The notes under the pieces: generated by a model | The model's input: only the letters and a program-made list of their open reading frames with translations | Told to the model about the DNA's origin: nothing | Database searches by the model: none | NCBI GenBank assembly: GCA_040954595.2 | Contig: JBECUI020000027.1 | Coordinates: forward strand, 386,630 to 450,629 | Direction of reading: 5' to 3' | Source of the DNA: Balanoglossus misakiensis | Taxonomy: Eukaryota; Animalia; Hemichordata | DNA: 64,000 nucleotides | In this document: piece by piece, positions 21,013-32,300 of the stretch | How positions within the stretch are numbered: position 1 is the stretch's first letter | How the letters are laid out: each line of letters begins with the position of its first letter | Made by a program: the position numbers and the translations under genes

Positions 21013-22221
21013 TTATGGAACCAAAACAGGACGAAAGCCAAAAGATCCATCTCTCTCCGAGGGGGAGGCCTCATAGCGGTGAGTAGATTGGAAATAAGGG
21101 CTATAGAGCTCACCATCGCGGTACAGGTAGGCACCTCCTCTTAATACACGATTTTCGCCCATTTCGGGCCCTGTGGGATCCACAAGCTCAGTATCCCCTT
21201 CCACATAAGGGCCGCCCCAGTCCAAACACCATTCCCACATATTTCCGCTCATATCGTAGAGCCCAAGTTCATTGGGTTCCTTTTGTCCCACTGCTCTTGC
21301 TTCTTTTTGGTCTATATGATACCACGCTACGTCGTCAAGGTTATTACTACCGGAAAAAGTGTAGCCTTGACTTAAGCTCCCTCCCCGGGCAGCGTATTCC
21401 CATTCTGCCTCCGTGGGCAAACGACCTCCTAACCACTGAGAATAGGCCTGCGCTCCAAACCAGGAGACTCCTCCTACGGGGAAGTGGTATTGGGAGGGAC
21501 TGCTAGTGAAGACACTGCCATCATGAGAAATACTGGAATTACCTAAATTTATATAAGCAACTCCTTCAAAAGTTCCGTTAGGAGACACCCCTATTTCATT
21601 TAAAAAATCTGTGTACTTTTTGTTGTCGACTTCATATTTGCTTATGTAAAAGCCGCTCAGGTTAACCGAGCGAACCGGTCTTGATTGAAGAGAGTCGTAA
21701 TCCCGATTATCGTTTGCGCGCACACTTCCCATTAAGAAGCTGCCCCCATCAACCCATTCAAAAACTTCCCCAAGCCTAGAGGTGTTTAACAGGGTCATAG
21801 TATAAGTCTTCGTTTCCAAGCCATCTTCGGAACTTATAAGTAGGATAAAAATACCTCTATGACTAGGAAGGGCAGTTCCTGCACTAAGAGCAGAAACGTA
21901 GCCGGGAGCCGTATGTATTTCTTCTAACAATGCCTCATTGGGGAGTTCAATTCCAAAATCCAGTATAAGGTTTAGGTTTGTGCCGAATAGGGTGGCAGAA
22001 TGATTTTGACCGTCGATAATAAGTTTGCTGAGGGTCAACCCGTCCTCCGAGTACTCCACCTGGACTCGCCTGCCATCAATAATAATGGTAAACTTCTGTA
22101 ACCAGAACTTCTTGTCTTCGTCGATTACCTCCGTAACCTCTTTTCCTGAAGAGGCCATGGAACAAGCACCGAGAAAAACAAGAGAAGCCAGAAAAGTACA
22201 GAATTTTAAGAAAATATCCAT
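21013..22221 (-). CDS. Lipoprotein with an FGE-sulfatase (SUMF1/CLec-fold) domain
   Basis: Lipobox LGAC; GGSFLMGS, RLPTEAEWEYAARGG, PNELGLYDMSGNMWEWC and FGFRPV. Confidence 0.9.
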   Translation of the reverse strand: MDIFLKFCTFLASLVFLGACSMASSGKEVTEVIDEDKKFWLQKFTIIIDGRRVQVEYSEDGLTLSKLIIDGQNHSATLFGTNLNLILDFGIELPNEALLEEIHTAPGYVSALSAGTALPSHRGIFILLISSEDGLETKTYTMTLLNTSRLGEVFEWVDGGSFLMGSVRANDNRDYDSLQSRPVRSVNLSGFYISKYEVDNKKYTDFLNEIGVSPNGTFEGVAYINLGNSSISHDGSVFTSSPSQYHFPVGGVSWFGAQAYSQWLGGRLPTEAEWEYAARGGSLSQGYTFSGSNNLDDVAWYHIDQKEARAVGQKEPNELGLYDMSGNMWEWCLDWGGPYVEGDTELVDPTGPEMGENRVLRGGAYLYRDGELYSPYFQSTHRYEASPSERDGSFGFRPVLVP

Positions 22222-22441
22222 ACAATTCCTTAACCAATAGTAAACTCTGTATATTACCTAGAGTATCGCAGTTTAGAGAGTTGTTCAAGTCCATATGGCA
22301 ACTTCAAAAGAAATATAGTTATTCTTATTTTGGGGTGTTATCGCTGCATAGACCAGGGTTTCCCTACTTTACGGCTAAGCTGGAAAACATGCCCAAACTA
22401 TGCTTGAAATATTCCCTCTCCTTGATTCACTATGGAGGGGT

Positions 22442-24049
22442 ATGAAACTTTTTTTGCCCTTCTTTATGTTTTTTGTTTCCGTCCTGGGTTGGGCAGCTTC
22501 AAAACCAGCAATTTTCAGCTATCAATACCAGGATTACAGCCGCCATCACCGGTTGGAAGAACAAGATCGTCTGCATGGAAGAAAGTTTACCTTTCAGCCC
22601 GGCTTGGAAATCATTGCGGATTTGGATGGAGCTGAGGTTCGACTTTTCGAAGCTTATGTAGGTGTAACTCCCTGGGAGGCCGACAACCTGTCCAACCAGA
22701 CTTATAGGGTAAGTCTGGAAAAACCAGGTTACGATGGTGTGGAATTCTGGGTCTCCCTGAGTCAGGATTCCAGAACCGTTGTCTTGGTAACTCTAGAAGA
22801 ACCACGAGCAAGCCTGGAAATTGTGGGGCTACCTCCTAAGGCCTTTGTGACCATTGACTGGCAGCCCTACCAGGGAGGAACGGTGGAACTGGAGGCAGGA
22901 TCTCATATGCTGCAGATTAAAGCCTTTGGTTATGAGTCTTTTAAAGAAATCATAAACATAGGCCGAGGAGAGTATTACCTATGGAACTACACAGGGCTGC
23001 CCGTTCCCTTTTTGCTTAAAGATTTACGAATCAGCCCCCAGATCAGACAGTCTGGGGACCTTAGGGGAAACCGAATTAGTTTTTCTGCCACCGCTCCGGG
23101 CTCCACTGTCCTAAAAATTTTCAACCCCCAGGATCAGCTTATCTACGAAGAACTCTATGGTATACAGGATCCGCAGAAGGTCATTGTCTGGAAAGAAGAC
23201 CCCGAGAGGGCTTGGGAAGAGGGAATTTACAGTTTACAATTGGAGGCCAGGGGAGAAGATGGCAACCTCTCGACTCTGGAAACCTCCTTCCAACTGGATA
23301 ACCGATTCCACCGCGCTCCCCGAACACTTGCCTCAGGGCTTTCGGGTATGCTCTACAGTCCTATGACCGACATGCTGCCTTCTGGACTTTACCAGTTTGG
23401 CAGCGGTGTTGGGGTGGAATTTTCTCCTGAGAATGAAGAAACGACAATTCCTGTCTGGATAAGTGGACGGTGGTCCTTTCTGCCCCGCTGGGAATGGGGG
23501 GGGCTGCTGGGTCTTAGCGCCCGGGTTCCCCTGGAAAGCACGGACTTCAATTTGAGATTCTATACTGCCTGGAGAGCCATTTCCAAAGGAATTCTCCAAG
23601 CCAATCTCAGCTTATCCTTTGCCTACAGCAGCCCCAACTTTTCTCAGATTTCCTTGAAGGGTTTTTCCCCTCAGATCCCCGGGATAACGGCGGCCATGCC
23701 CTGGCAGCTGAAGTTTCAGGGATGGGGGCTGCTCCTGGCTCCACAGCTCACCTTAACCTTTCTGGCAGGAGAAGGGAACCTTTGGCGCTTTGCTCCTCCC
23801 GCCCGCATGGCTGGGTTATTGGGTTTTGGGATATACCAGGAAGGCCGCCGTCACTTTTGGGGTATTTCGGGGACATTAAGAAGCCCAACCTTAGCAGCTG
23901 GGCCCCTGGACTGGGGATTTTGGGTGGGAGCTGAAGGAAAATGGATACTCCCAGGAGATGTGACCTATATCCAGGTTATGCTGGGAGTTCAGACATTTCC
24001 AAAACCAATGAACATCTTTGCCGCCCTAGAATTAGGACTGACAGGCTAG
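22442..24049 (+). CDS. PEGA-domain exported protein with an Ig-like middle and a possible beta-barrel C-terminus
   Basis: Signal peptide; GAEVRL..YVGVTP...VSLEKPGY repeats; alternating aromatic beta strands at the C-terminus. Confidence 0.7.
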   Translation: MKLFLPFFMFFVSVLGWAASKPAIFSYQYQDYSRHHRLEEQDRLHGRKFTFQPGLEIIADLDGAEVRLFEAYVGVTPWEADNLSNQTYRVSLEKPGYDGVEFWVSLSQDSRTVVLVTLEEPRASLEIVGLPPKAFVTIDWQPYQGGTVELEAGSHMLQIKAFGYESFKEIINIGRGEYYLWNYTGLPVPFLLKDLRISPQIRQSGDLRGNRISFSATAPGSTVLKIFNPQDQLIYEELYGIQDPQKVIVWKEDPERAWEEGIYSLQLEARGEDGNLSTLETSFQLDNRFHRAPRTLASGLSGMLYSPMTDMLPSGLYQFGSGVGVEFSPENEETTIPVWISGRWSFLPRWEWGGLLGLSARVPLESTDFNLRFYTAWRAISKGILQANLSLSFAYSSPNFSQISLKGFSPQIPGITAAMPWQLKFQGWGLLLAPQLTLTFLAGEGNLWRFAPPARMAGLLGFGIYQEGRRHFWGISGTLRSPTLAAGPLDWGFWVGAEGKWILPGDVTYIQVMLGVQTFPKPMNIFAALELGLTG

Positions 24050-24050
24050 A

Positions 24051-24377
24051 TCAATTTCTATAAGAGACAACAAGGAATCCCAGGGCCAGAATCAGCAGCA
24101 GCGTGAGTATCCAAAAACTTCTGACAGACCAATTCAGGCCAGGAAAAGCCTGTCGTCCTCTCTTAGCAGATCTTCTACCTTCAGACAGCCCTTTTCTCCC
24201 CAGCTTCTTGGGGTAACTACAGGAAGGACATCCCTGCACAAACGTTTCAGAACTGCCCTCATGACCGCAGCGAGGACAGCAAACGGATAGAAAAAGTCCT
24301 CCGCAAACAGAGCAAATTTTGCTGCCAGGTTTGACCCGAATGCCGCAGTCTTGACAATAGAAGCCTCCCGCCAGCAT
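24051..24377 (-). CDS. Zinc-ribbon protein with a C-terminal membrane anchor
   Basis: Four CxxC pairs and a hydrophobic tail. Confidence 0.8.
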   Translation of the reverse strand: MLAGGFYCQDCGIRVKPGSKICSVCGGLFLSVCCPRCGHEGSSETFVQGCPSCSYPKKLGRKGLSEGRRSAKRGRQAFPGLNWSVRSFWILTLLLILALGFLVVSYRN

Positions 24378-27300
24378 TAGAGTTTCTCAATGGCCCATAT
24401 GGTAAGGTCATCGTCTTGCTTGTCCTCTTTAAGATGAGAGAACCAAACATACTCCGATCTTTCGTCGTGGTCCTGAGGAAAGCGGAAATAATGCCTGTAT
24501 TCCAGAAAATGCTCCTGGAGGAAGCTGTTGATTTTGCGATCCACCTGTATTCTGTCTCCAGACCCCGCATTGGGATCGGGAACCAGACGGAAAAGTTTTT
24601 CCACCGAAGCCAGGGCCAAAACCGCCTCGTCGGCAGTGCCCTTGAGTTTGGTAAAATCAAAATGAAGCGGCTCGCCTATGACCAGGTCACCACGGCGGAG
24701 AAGTTCGTAATGACCTCGATGCATCACCGCTTCAATGACGGCATGGATACGGGGGGTATCAAACTCCTCATTGACCTCATCGTCCCCTATGGCCTTCATA
24801 CCTGCCTTGACAAAGTTTTGATCTTTTTCTCTTTGCTCCTGGGGAAGATTGCTAAACTGGATGACAGAATAGTCTTTGTCCCGGAATTGGTGGTGAGATT
24901 CTTCTATACCATCGGTGAAAAGAAAAAGCACATCTCCCTTATTAAGCTTTCGAACCACTTGTTTGTAACCAGCCTTGGGATTCATTTCCAAGAGCATGGG
25001 ATCAATCTGACCAGCAGCAGGGGCCTCTTGCAGAGAGTAAACACGCATCTTCCTTTGAGTCTTTTCATAGATATGAAGAAGATTGTCTCCAGCATGCGTC
25101 ATCCAGTATTCTCCAGTTTTTGTGTTGATTACCGAGAGATTAAATGCCGCAAAACGTCCCTGAAAGCCAATTTCGTTAATAAGCTCATTAATGTTGAAGG
25201 CCAGTTCGTTCAGACGAAATGTGAGCTTAGCTCCCCTTTCTGAACTTTTCCGCAACTGCTGAAAATAATTGACAAAGAGGGTGGAGACCACAACCATAAC
25301 CAAAGAGGCAGAAACCCCATGCCCGGCAATATCGCATTTGATCATCAGGATATGTTCATCGTCAATCTGCCGGAAATCAAAGTAATCTCCCGAAACGGCG
25401 TCAGCCCCTTCGTAGTAGCCAAAAATGCGGATAAAGTCGTTTTTCAAACCTCCAATAGAGTGTTTCAGCCCATCGCCGCCTCTTTCCAGAGGAATAAAGC
25501 TCTTCTGGATTTCTCGCCCCACCATAAGTTCCTGGTTAGCAATCGCAGCTTGAACCAGCCCCCGTACCATCTGGTTGATGGTATCGCCTAAACTGGCCAG
25601 CTCATCCCGGGTTTCAAGGGAGATGTTGAAATCCTTGTGTTGCAGCATGTCTGGTTCGTTCCGGATTCTCTGTAATCCATTGACCAGCTGCGTTATGGGC
25701 CGTAGCATCATGCGAGAAAGAATCATGGCTCCAAGGAAACCCAGGAAGAAAGCCGCTACGGCACCAAAGATGGTAATGAGAACAATGGTGCTCCGTATCC
25801 TGCTAAGATCTCTGAGAACAGAATCTACAGAAATGGCCGTCCTGATCACACCGTGGAAATAACGTGAAGAGTTGCCTACCCTATAAAGAATGGGTTTATA
25901 AAAAACATAAGGAACGGCCCCATCGACATTGGTAAATTCCAACTCTATTCGTTCAGGAAAGAATCTATGCAACAAGCGATTAAAGAACTGAGAATTGAGA
26001 TCTTCTGGAGAAAGCTCTGGAACACTGTAGATGTTTTGGTTTGTTATCTCCGTAAAAAGGTTTTCAATGGTATCGTTCAAAGTGATGAGGGCCTCATTGA
26101 GCTGGATTACTTCTGGATCCTCAAAATTGTATCCCCTGATGTCCAAAGTAGTGGTAAATTCCTGGCTTAATGTCTCGTATTCTGTAATAAGTTTTTCTAT
26201 CCCAGCCTCCTGCAAGTCTCTTTCTACTTCCAGCTCTAGGAGTTCAATGGTTTGAGATAGCTGATCACGAAGTTTGTAACGCCCAATGTTAATCTCTCCG
26301 GGCATGATCCCCCCACGAACCAGAATATCAGCGGCCTGCATTCTGAGCTCCAGGGGAGCGGTATCGTTTCGGACTCTGCCTCCCTCGGCTCCTTCAGAAA
26401 AAACAAGGCCCAGAACCTCCGTCTCGTCTTCGGTTTCAATAAGGTTCACAATGCGGTCCCACTGCTCCCTATCCAGTTTTTCAGGCAATTCCAGCTTACG
26501 GAGGATTTCCGGATCGTTGCTGGCCCAAAGGTAGTCAAAGCCTTCCGAAGTGGTTCTCAGTTCCTCGGCTTCGAGATAGGCCCGTGGGCCCGTGACGGTA
26601 ACCCAGAGGGCATCGTCTCCCATGGCTTCTTTTTGATTGGGTAGCCTGAGGATCTCTGTCCTAGAGGCTTCTGGAATGGATTTACGGGCCCCAGATACCA
26701 AGGTCTCCAACAGAAGGGCCGTTTCCTTACGGAGTCGGTCGGTAAGGCCCTGACGACCCGATGCAAGCCAACTGAAACCTAGGAAAAGAGAGATCATCAG
26801 AATAACAATAAGTACCAATGAAGTCAGAGCAATAATAAATTTGCTCCTAAGACCCATTCCTCGTTTTTTCATAGCCATAACAAGCTCCTCCCGCCGAACG
26901 GAAACCAATGAACCCCGACAAAGAAGTGCCCGGGCATTTTCCATTATTTCCCTGGTCTCTTTTACCAGGTGAATGAGTCGAAAGATGGTAAAGGTCAGTG
27001 CCAGACCCAGAAGCACAAGGACTGAGACAAAGAGTAGTTCATTGACTGTAAGCCTGAGTTTCTGAGCGGCAGGTTCCCAAAGCGGGATATATTCATAAAG
27101 TCCAAAAGGACCAAACTTTATGTTTCTGAAATTCTGGAGCCGTAAGCTGTTGTTCCAGAAGACCAAGCCCCGGGCCGGGTGCTCCACCCCCACACGGTAA
27201 TCTCCCAAGGCTATGTCGTCGTCAACGACAACTTCCAGGATTCTATCGTTAATAACTTGGACGCTCTGTTCGGAAAGAAAATATTCATAGTCCCAGGGAG

Positions 27301-29374
27301 CGATTCCATCGGTATCAAGTATTACTTTTTGAATTAGTCCGCCTACGGCAAAACCACGACCAAAGAGCCTAAACGTCAGACTGCCCATGTCGTCGTTTTC
27401 AGCATTGCCTCCGGTAATGTAGGTAACCGGAATATACCTTTTGAGGGGCAGAATCTGCACTGAAGGAAGCCCTACATTCCCCGCCTTGTCCCGGGTACTA
27501 ACAGAAAAGGCCCATAAACCGTTGTCCCCATTGCGCATGGTCGCCGACCGCTCATTGCTGCTGCTCACTTCTCTGGTATTGCGAGCTTGAACAACCTCAG
27601 GCAGCAATTGCCCAAGGCTAAGGTCTTCTGTGTTTTCAGATAAATAGTCAAAACGCCATAGATAGGCCTCCACATCTTCTTCCTCAGCATCCTGCCAGGT
27701 AAGTGTGAAGGTGTTGGAGAGAAGATACCCAAAGGCATCGGTTTCCGGGGGGACAATATGAGGAGGCGCAGGAGGGGTGCGGTCCAGCTTATAGGTGAGT
27801 TTTAAGGGGTCTGACCAATTCCCCGCCCTATCTTGGGCAATCAGGCTAAAGTACCACAGACCTTCTTCCTCTAGGGTTTCTACGGCTTCTAGGCTTCCAT
27901 AAACTTGGTCGGCCTCGTTCCTGGAAGGCTGGCTGTTGGGATCTTGGGACCAGAGCCAGGAGTAAGATAAAATACCAGAAGAATCTTCCCTACCCCTCCA
28001 GGCAACCCGCACAGAGGGATTCCTGCTGATTTCTCCATCCAACACACCTCCAGCGTAACGCGGAATTTCGATATTTCTATCAGGTTTAAGAAAGATAGCC
28101 CTGGGGATACCAGCCCTACTGTCCTGCCAAAGCAAAAATACATTCCCCTTAAAAACTTCCGCCTGGGCATAAGAGGAACTGCCTAACTCCTTACCAGGTA
28201 CCGCCGAGTCCAGAACCTCAGCCGTACGGCTGTAGGTGTCCAGGGCGTCCCGGCGGGCCAGGCGAATGCCGGTGGTGTCAAACCAAAGAAGCCAGGTCTG
28301 GTTTCTGCTAAGAAATACCCTAGGATAAGCACTGAGCCCTCGGGCATTGCTAACTTCCTCGAGTCCCGTAGGGGATACCGTGCCATCAGTACTGATAACC
28401 ACCGCAGCAATGGCAGGGTTAAACCCCCTTCCATACCTTTCCCAGGCCATTAAAATCTGGCCTTGTATGTCAAGAGCTAAAGAGGGGCGTTGATTATCCC
28501 ATTCCAAGGGGTTAGTCTCCCCAGTCCTGGGTATCAGGGACTCGGTAATGGGAAGGGCAGTCCCCCAGTCCCCACCGTTTTTCCGAAGCTTTAAATAAAT
28601 CTGGTAGGTATAGGTGCGCCGTCCTGCCCTGGAAGACTGGAATACCACATATTCACCCGAAGGCGAAGAGAGATAGGCCGGTAGAAAATTCTGTCTCAAC
28701 TCACTGCCATCAGAAGCAAGGTCCACTCCCGGTCTGACAAAAAGTTTGACAGGTGCCCACTGTCTTCCATCATCTGATTCGGTATACCAGATGGTAAAAT
28801 TTTCACTTCCCCCTTCTACCGTAGACAGGGGAAGGCTTCTGGTTAGAAAGAGCAGAAATCCTCCCCCCTTCCTGGCCACAAGGCGCGGAGCTACGATAAC
28901 TTCGACAACCTCACCTTGGACACTCAGAGAGGACAGGGGAACAAAAGTATTAGAAAAATTTTCCCGATAAAAGTTAATTCTTTTATCTTCTACAGACAGG
29001 GCAACAGTGAGCCGGCCATCGACGTCTTTGGCAACAGAGAAAAGCGGAACCTTTTTTTGCCATGTGTAGGGGACGTTTTCGGCTATACTAACGATTTCTC
29101 CCCACAGATCCCCGTCAGAGGAGAACCTGGCCTTCACATTGATATAGGTTTCCGCATCCACACCAGGAGTTCCGGAGAATTCCTGCCAGACTACAGCAAG
29201 ATTGTCATCCCCCCCAACAAAAACAGGAAAGTGCATACTGGAGCCCAAGATCTCAGGGAACTCCCAATAGAGCCTTTCCTGGGCTTGTACTGAAGGGGAA
29301 GCCAGCACGGCCAGGAAAAGAACACATAGAAAAACTTTTCCTAAATGGACTTTAACATTAAGAATGTTCATCAT
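24377..29374 (-). CDS. Large membrane sensor with HAMP and SpoIIE/PP2C phosphatase domains (Treponema TP0854-like)
   Basis: Large exported region, TM segments, HAMP (RPITQL...DELASL), VSGDYFD, CDIAGHG, FTDGIEE and DDDLTI. Confidence 0.85.
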   Translation of the reverse strand: MMNILNVKVHLGKVFLCVLFLAVLASPSVQAQERLYWEFPEILGSSMHFPVFVGGDDNLAVVWQEFSGTPGVDAETYINVKARFSSDGDLWGEIVSIAENVPYTWQKKVPLFSVAKDVDGRLTVALSVEDKRINFYRENFSNTFVPLSSLSVQGEVVEVIVAPRLVARKGGGFLLFLTRSLPLSTVEGGSENFTIWYTESDDGRQWAPVKLFVRPGVDLASDGSELRQNFLPAYLSSPSGEYVVFQSSRAGRRTYTYQIYLKLRKNGGDWGTALPITESLIPRTGETNPLEWDNQRPSLALDIQGQILMAWERYGRGFNPAIAAVVISTDGTVSPTGLEEVSNARGLSAYPRVFLSRNQTWLLWFDTTGIRLARRDALDTYSRTAEVLDSAVPGKELGSSSYAQAEVFKGNVFLLWQDSRAGIPRAIFLKPDRNIEIPRYAGGVLDGEISRNPSVRVAWRGREDSSGILSYSWLWSQDPNSQPSRNEADQVYGSLEAVETLEEEGLWYFSLIAQDRAGNWSDPLKLTYKLDRTPPAPPHIVPPETDAFGYLLSNTFTLTWQDAEEEDVEAYLWRFDYLSENTEDLSLGQLLPEVVQARNTREVSSSNERSATMRNGDNGLWAFSVSTRDKAGNVGLPSVQILPLKRYIPVTYITGGNAENDDMGSLTFRLFGRGFAVGGLIQKVILDTDGIAPWDYEYFLSEQSVQVINDRILEVVVDDDIALGDYRVGVEHPARGLVFWNNSLRLQNFRNIKFGPFGLYEYIPLWEPAAQKLRLTVNELLFVSVLVLLGLALTFTIFRLIHLVKETREIMENARALLCRGSLVSVRREELVMAMKKRGMGLRSKFIIALTSLVLIVILMISLFLGFSWLASGRQGLTDRLRKETALLLETLVSGARKSIPEASRTEILRLPNQKEAMGDDALWVTVTGPRAYLEAEELRTTSEGFDYLWASNDPEILRKLELPEKLDREQWDRIVNLIETEDETEVLGLVFSEGAEGGRVRNDTAPLELRMQAADILVRGGIMPGEINIGRYKLRDQLSQTIELLELEVERDLQEAGIEKLITEYETLSQEFTTTLDIRGYNFEDPEVIQLNEALITLNDTIENLFTEITNQNIYSVPELSPEDLNSQFFNRLLHRFFPERIELEFTNVDGAVPYVFYKPILYRVGNSSRYFHGVIRTAISVDSVLRDLSRIRSTIVLITIFGAVAAFFLGFLGAMILSRMMLRPITQLVNGLQRIRNEPDMLQHKDFNISLETRDELASLGDTINQMVRGLVQAAIANQELMVGREIQKSFIPLERGGDGLKHSIGGLKNDFIRIFGYYEGADAVSGDYFDFRQIDDEHILMIKCDIAGHGVSASLVMVVVSTLFVNYFQQLRKSSERGAKLTFRLNELAFNINELINEIGFQGRFAAFNLSVINTKTGEYWMTHAGDNLLHIYEKTQRKMRVYSLQEAPAAGQIDPMLLEMNPKAGYKQVVRKLNKGDVLFLFTDGIEESHHQFRDKDYSVIQFSNLPQEQREKDQNFVKAGMKAIGDDEVNEEFDTPRIHAVIEAVMHRGHYELLRRGDLVIGEPLHFDFTKLKGTADEAVLALASVEKLFRLVPDPNAGSGDRIQVDRKINSFLQEHFLEYRHYFRFPQDHDERSEYVWFSHLKEDKQDDDLTIWAIEKL

Positions 29375-32300
29375 AAACGTGCCTGCACTCGCCGTTCAAG
29401 TTCTTTAAGAGGGGCGTAGCGGGTATTCTGGAGGTTCTCGTCCAGCAGCTTCCTGATCAAAGCCCATGCCTGAGGATAATTTGCCTGGGCATAAAATTCC
29501 TGGGCCCTGCGGAAGAGTAACTGGTCATTAATAGAAAGAGTGACGACTATGTTCCCTCCTACGCTTCGGGCTATGTTGTCCTTTAAAGCCGCTGCCTGAA
29601 TGTTGTTCGGGTTAATCTCCAAAGCCTCATCTAAAAGCTCCCGTACCCGATCAGCAACAAATGCGCCCCGTGCCTGTTCTACAGCTTCTTCCCAGAGCTG
29701 CTGAGATTCCTCCGTCAATGCGGAGCTGCGTTCGAGTTTGATAGGATCAGGAGGGGGATCTTTTAAGCCAAGAAAAATTTCCAGATCACTTATCAGTCCT
29801 ATCAGTCCTTCAAGCTCCGGGGCTATTTCTTCCAGAGACTGCAGCTTGGGCAGAGTCTCCCAGGCTCTGTCTGTTTCCCCTTGGAGAATAATGCCCCGAA
29901 CTTCGTTGATCAGGGCCCTAGCCTCTTCAGCAAATTTTTCAGGGAAGGTTTCCTTAAGAATTTTCTGTTCCAAGGTAAGTACTTCGGAGTTGCGCGGAAA
30001 CACACGTTTAACCTGGGCTATAAATTCCGCAGCAATGTCAAAGGCCTCCATGGATTCTGATTGGTTAGAAGATTCTTCGTTGAGTTTCTTACCCACAAGG
30101 TAGTATTTCAAGGCAAGGTTCATGTACTGGGACATTTCTGTGTACAAAGGGTTTTCTGTGTTGATTTGACTCTGAGAAAGAGCTTTTTCGGCATCAAGGA
30201 ATCGAATTTCTAGTCTATCCAGCTCGGCATTGGCTTCTCCTCTGGTCTTTTCCCAGAATTCCTTGGTGCGGGAAACCAAGTTGAGTCCCTCTCTGTAGAC
30301 CCCCTCTTCATAGAGCAGGCGTGCTTCGTTAATGGTGCTTCTCGCCATTTGCACAGCAACCCCTCGCCTGGAAGTGGTAATGCGAGAAATCAACTCCTCA
30401 CGTTTTTCTTCAAAACCCGTGGCTCCAGCAATATCTCTGTCGTTCTCGTAAATCTTCAGATAACCAGTTAACACATCTTCCAGGGCAGCCAAAGACAGAT
30501 CAAAGGTAACCAGGGCCTCTTCGTACTTTGCCCCATCCAAGAATTCCAGAGCCTCCTGGTAATAATTCTCGGCCAGAATAAAGTCGTTTGCCGTTTCGGC
30601 CTCTGCTCGCCTGGCAGCTCGTACATAGTTGGAAGCTTTCTGATCGTAACTTGTCAGAACTATCCGTTGCTTCTTTGTAGCTTCGGCAACCGCTTGAACC
30701 CTCTGAAAAGACACATCCTCGTTATTTTTAAAATCGTAACCCCCATAAACGAGTTCCTGGTATTGTTGGATCGAGTCCTCAATTTCTTCCTCTGTCCTGT
30801 CCAGAATATTTTGACTGGGCAGGATAATCTCATTCAGATATCGTGTAGGATAGCGTTCAGGCGGCTCATTTCCTGTGTTGTCTCCAGTGGATATTCCCAG
30901 ATATTCCCGATATTTCTTCTCACTTTCTTCGCCCAGCCCCTGAATGAGAGTCAGGAGTTTCTCATAATCAAAACCAATGGCCGAATCGAGAAAAAATGTT
31001 AGCCTTTTTTCGTAGGCATCTCTAATCTCTGTTGTGTCCTCGGCCAGTCTCGTCTGCAAGGACTGTATCCGGGGGTCGGCGGTCCCAAGACTTACAGCCT
31101 GATTCAATGCATTTTCCATGTCTTTGAGCCAGGTTATTTGTTCAGAAATAAAGGTGCTTGATTCCTCCAAACCATCTATGCGTTCCTGCCTGAGGAAAGG
31201 GGGAATGGGGGGAAGATCTCTTCCAAGAACTACCAAAACCTGCCAACTTTCCAATTTTTCATCCAATTCGTTCAGATAGGCGAGCAAAGCGCTGTGGTTT
31301 TGTGCAAGTTCAGACTTCTTGTCTTCTTCAACTTCCAGGGCCAAACGATAATCAGCAAGGCGAAGCAGGTTCTTCATTTCTCTTGAAATGAGAGTCGCTT
31401 CACTGTATCCATCAAGGGCACTGTCCCAGGAATTGGTGGCAAAAGCATTTCTTCCCTGGTTCAGTCTGTCTTCCAGGAGGTCTTCCAGAGCTCCTAGAAC
31501 TTCTTCAAAAAGGGCGTTCCAACGGGCATCCAGTGAAACAAGTATTCCCTCCGGCTCCAAGACACCCTGACGTCCCAGAAGAAAAATATTTATAAAGTAA
31601 AGCCAGAAGTCCCCTGGAACCTCATCGAGCCGCTGGTTCAAATCCTGCCAATAAGTCCCTACTTGTTCCTCTATGTCCAGGACTCTCTGATACAACTCGT
31701 CTTCCCGGGAAAATATCTTTTCCATATCAGCAAAAAAGAAAGACCAGTCAGCAGGGGATGAGGAGCCTAAAAACTCTAACTTCTCTTTAACTTCCAGGTT
31801 TGTTTCGTCATAAGAACCCTCCCAAGCCGCCAAGCTGGCATCCAATTCTTGAATCAGATTGGCAATGGGTCTTCCCAGGCTTAGATAGGCTTGCCGCACC
31901 TTGTCCCACCGCTGAGGATCTTTTTCAAACATCAAGGGTACGGCTTTATCTCCTGTGGCATCATCTTCTGCTAAAAGAACAAAATTCATAAAGGTTTTGC
32001 GGTAGAGTTCGAATCCCCTGTGGTAGGAGGCCACGGCCTCAGAGTATTGTCCGGCATAGAGAAATTCGTTCCCTTCTTCAATAACTTTTACCAATAAAGC
32101 TTCATTGATCTTCTTTTCCGCAATAAGCCGAACCAAAGCAAGCAAGTTTCGAGTCCTGCTGTTTGGATCCACATCCATTTTTTCCAATAGCAGAATAAGT
32201 TCTTGACTTTCCTCAATTCTCCCCTGATCCAGAGCCTCAAGAAGTTGGCTATAAACAGCATCGTATTGAATACGAGAAGCATTGATTTCCTTAATAAGCC

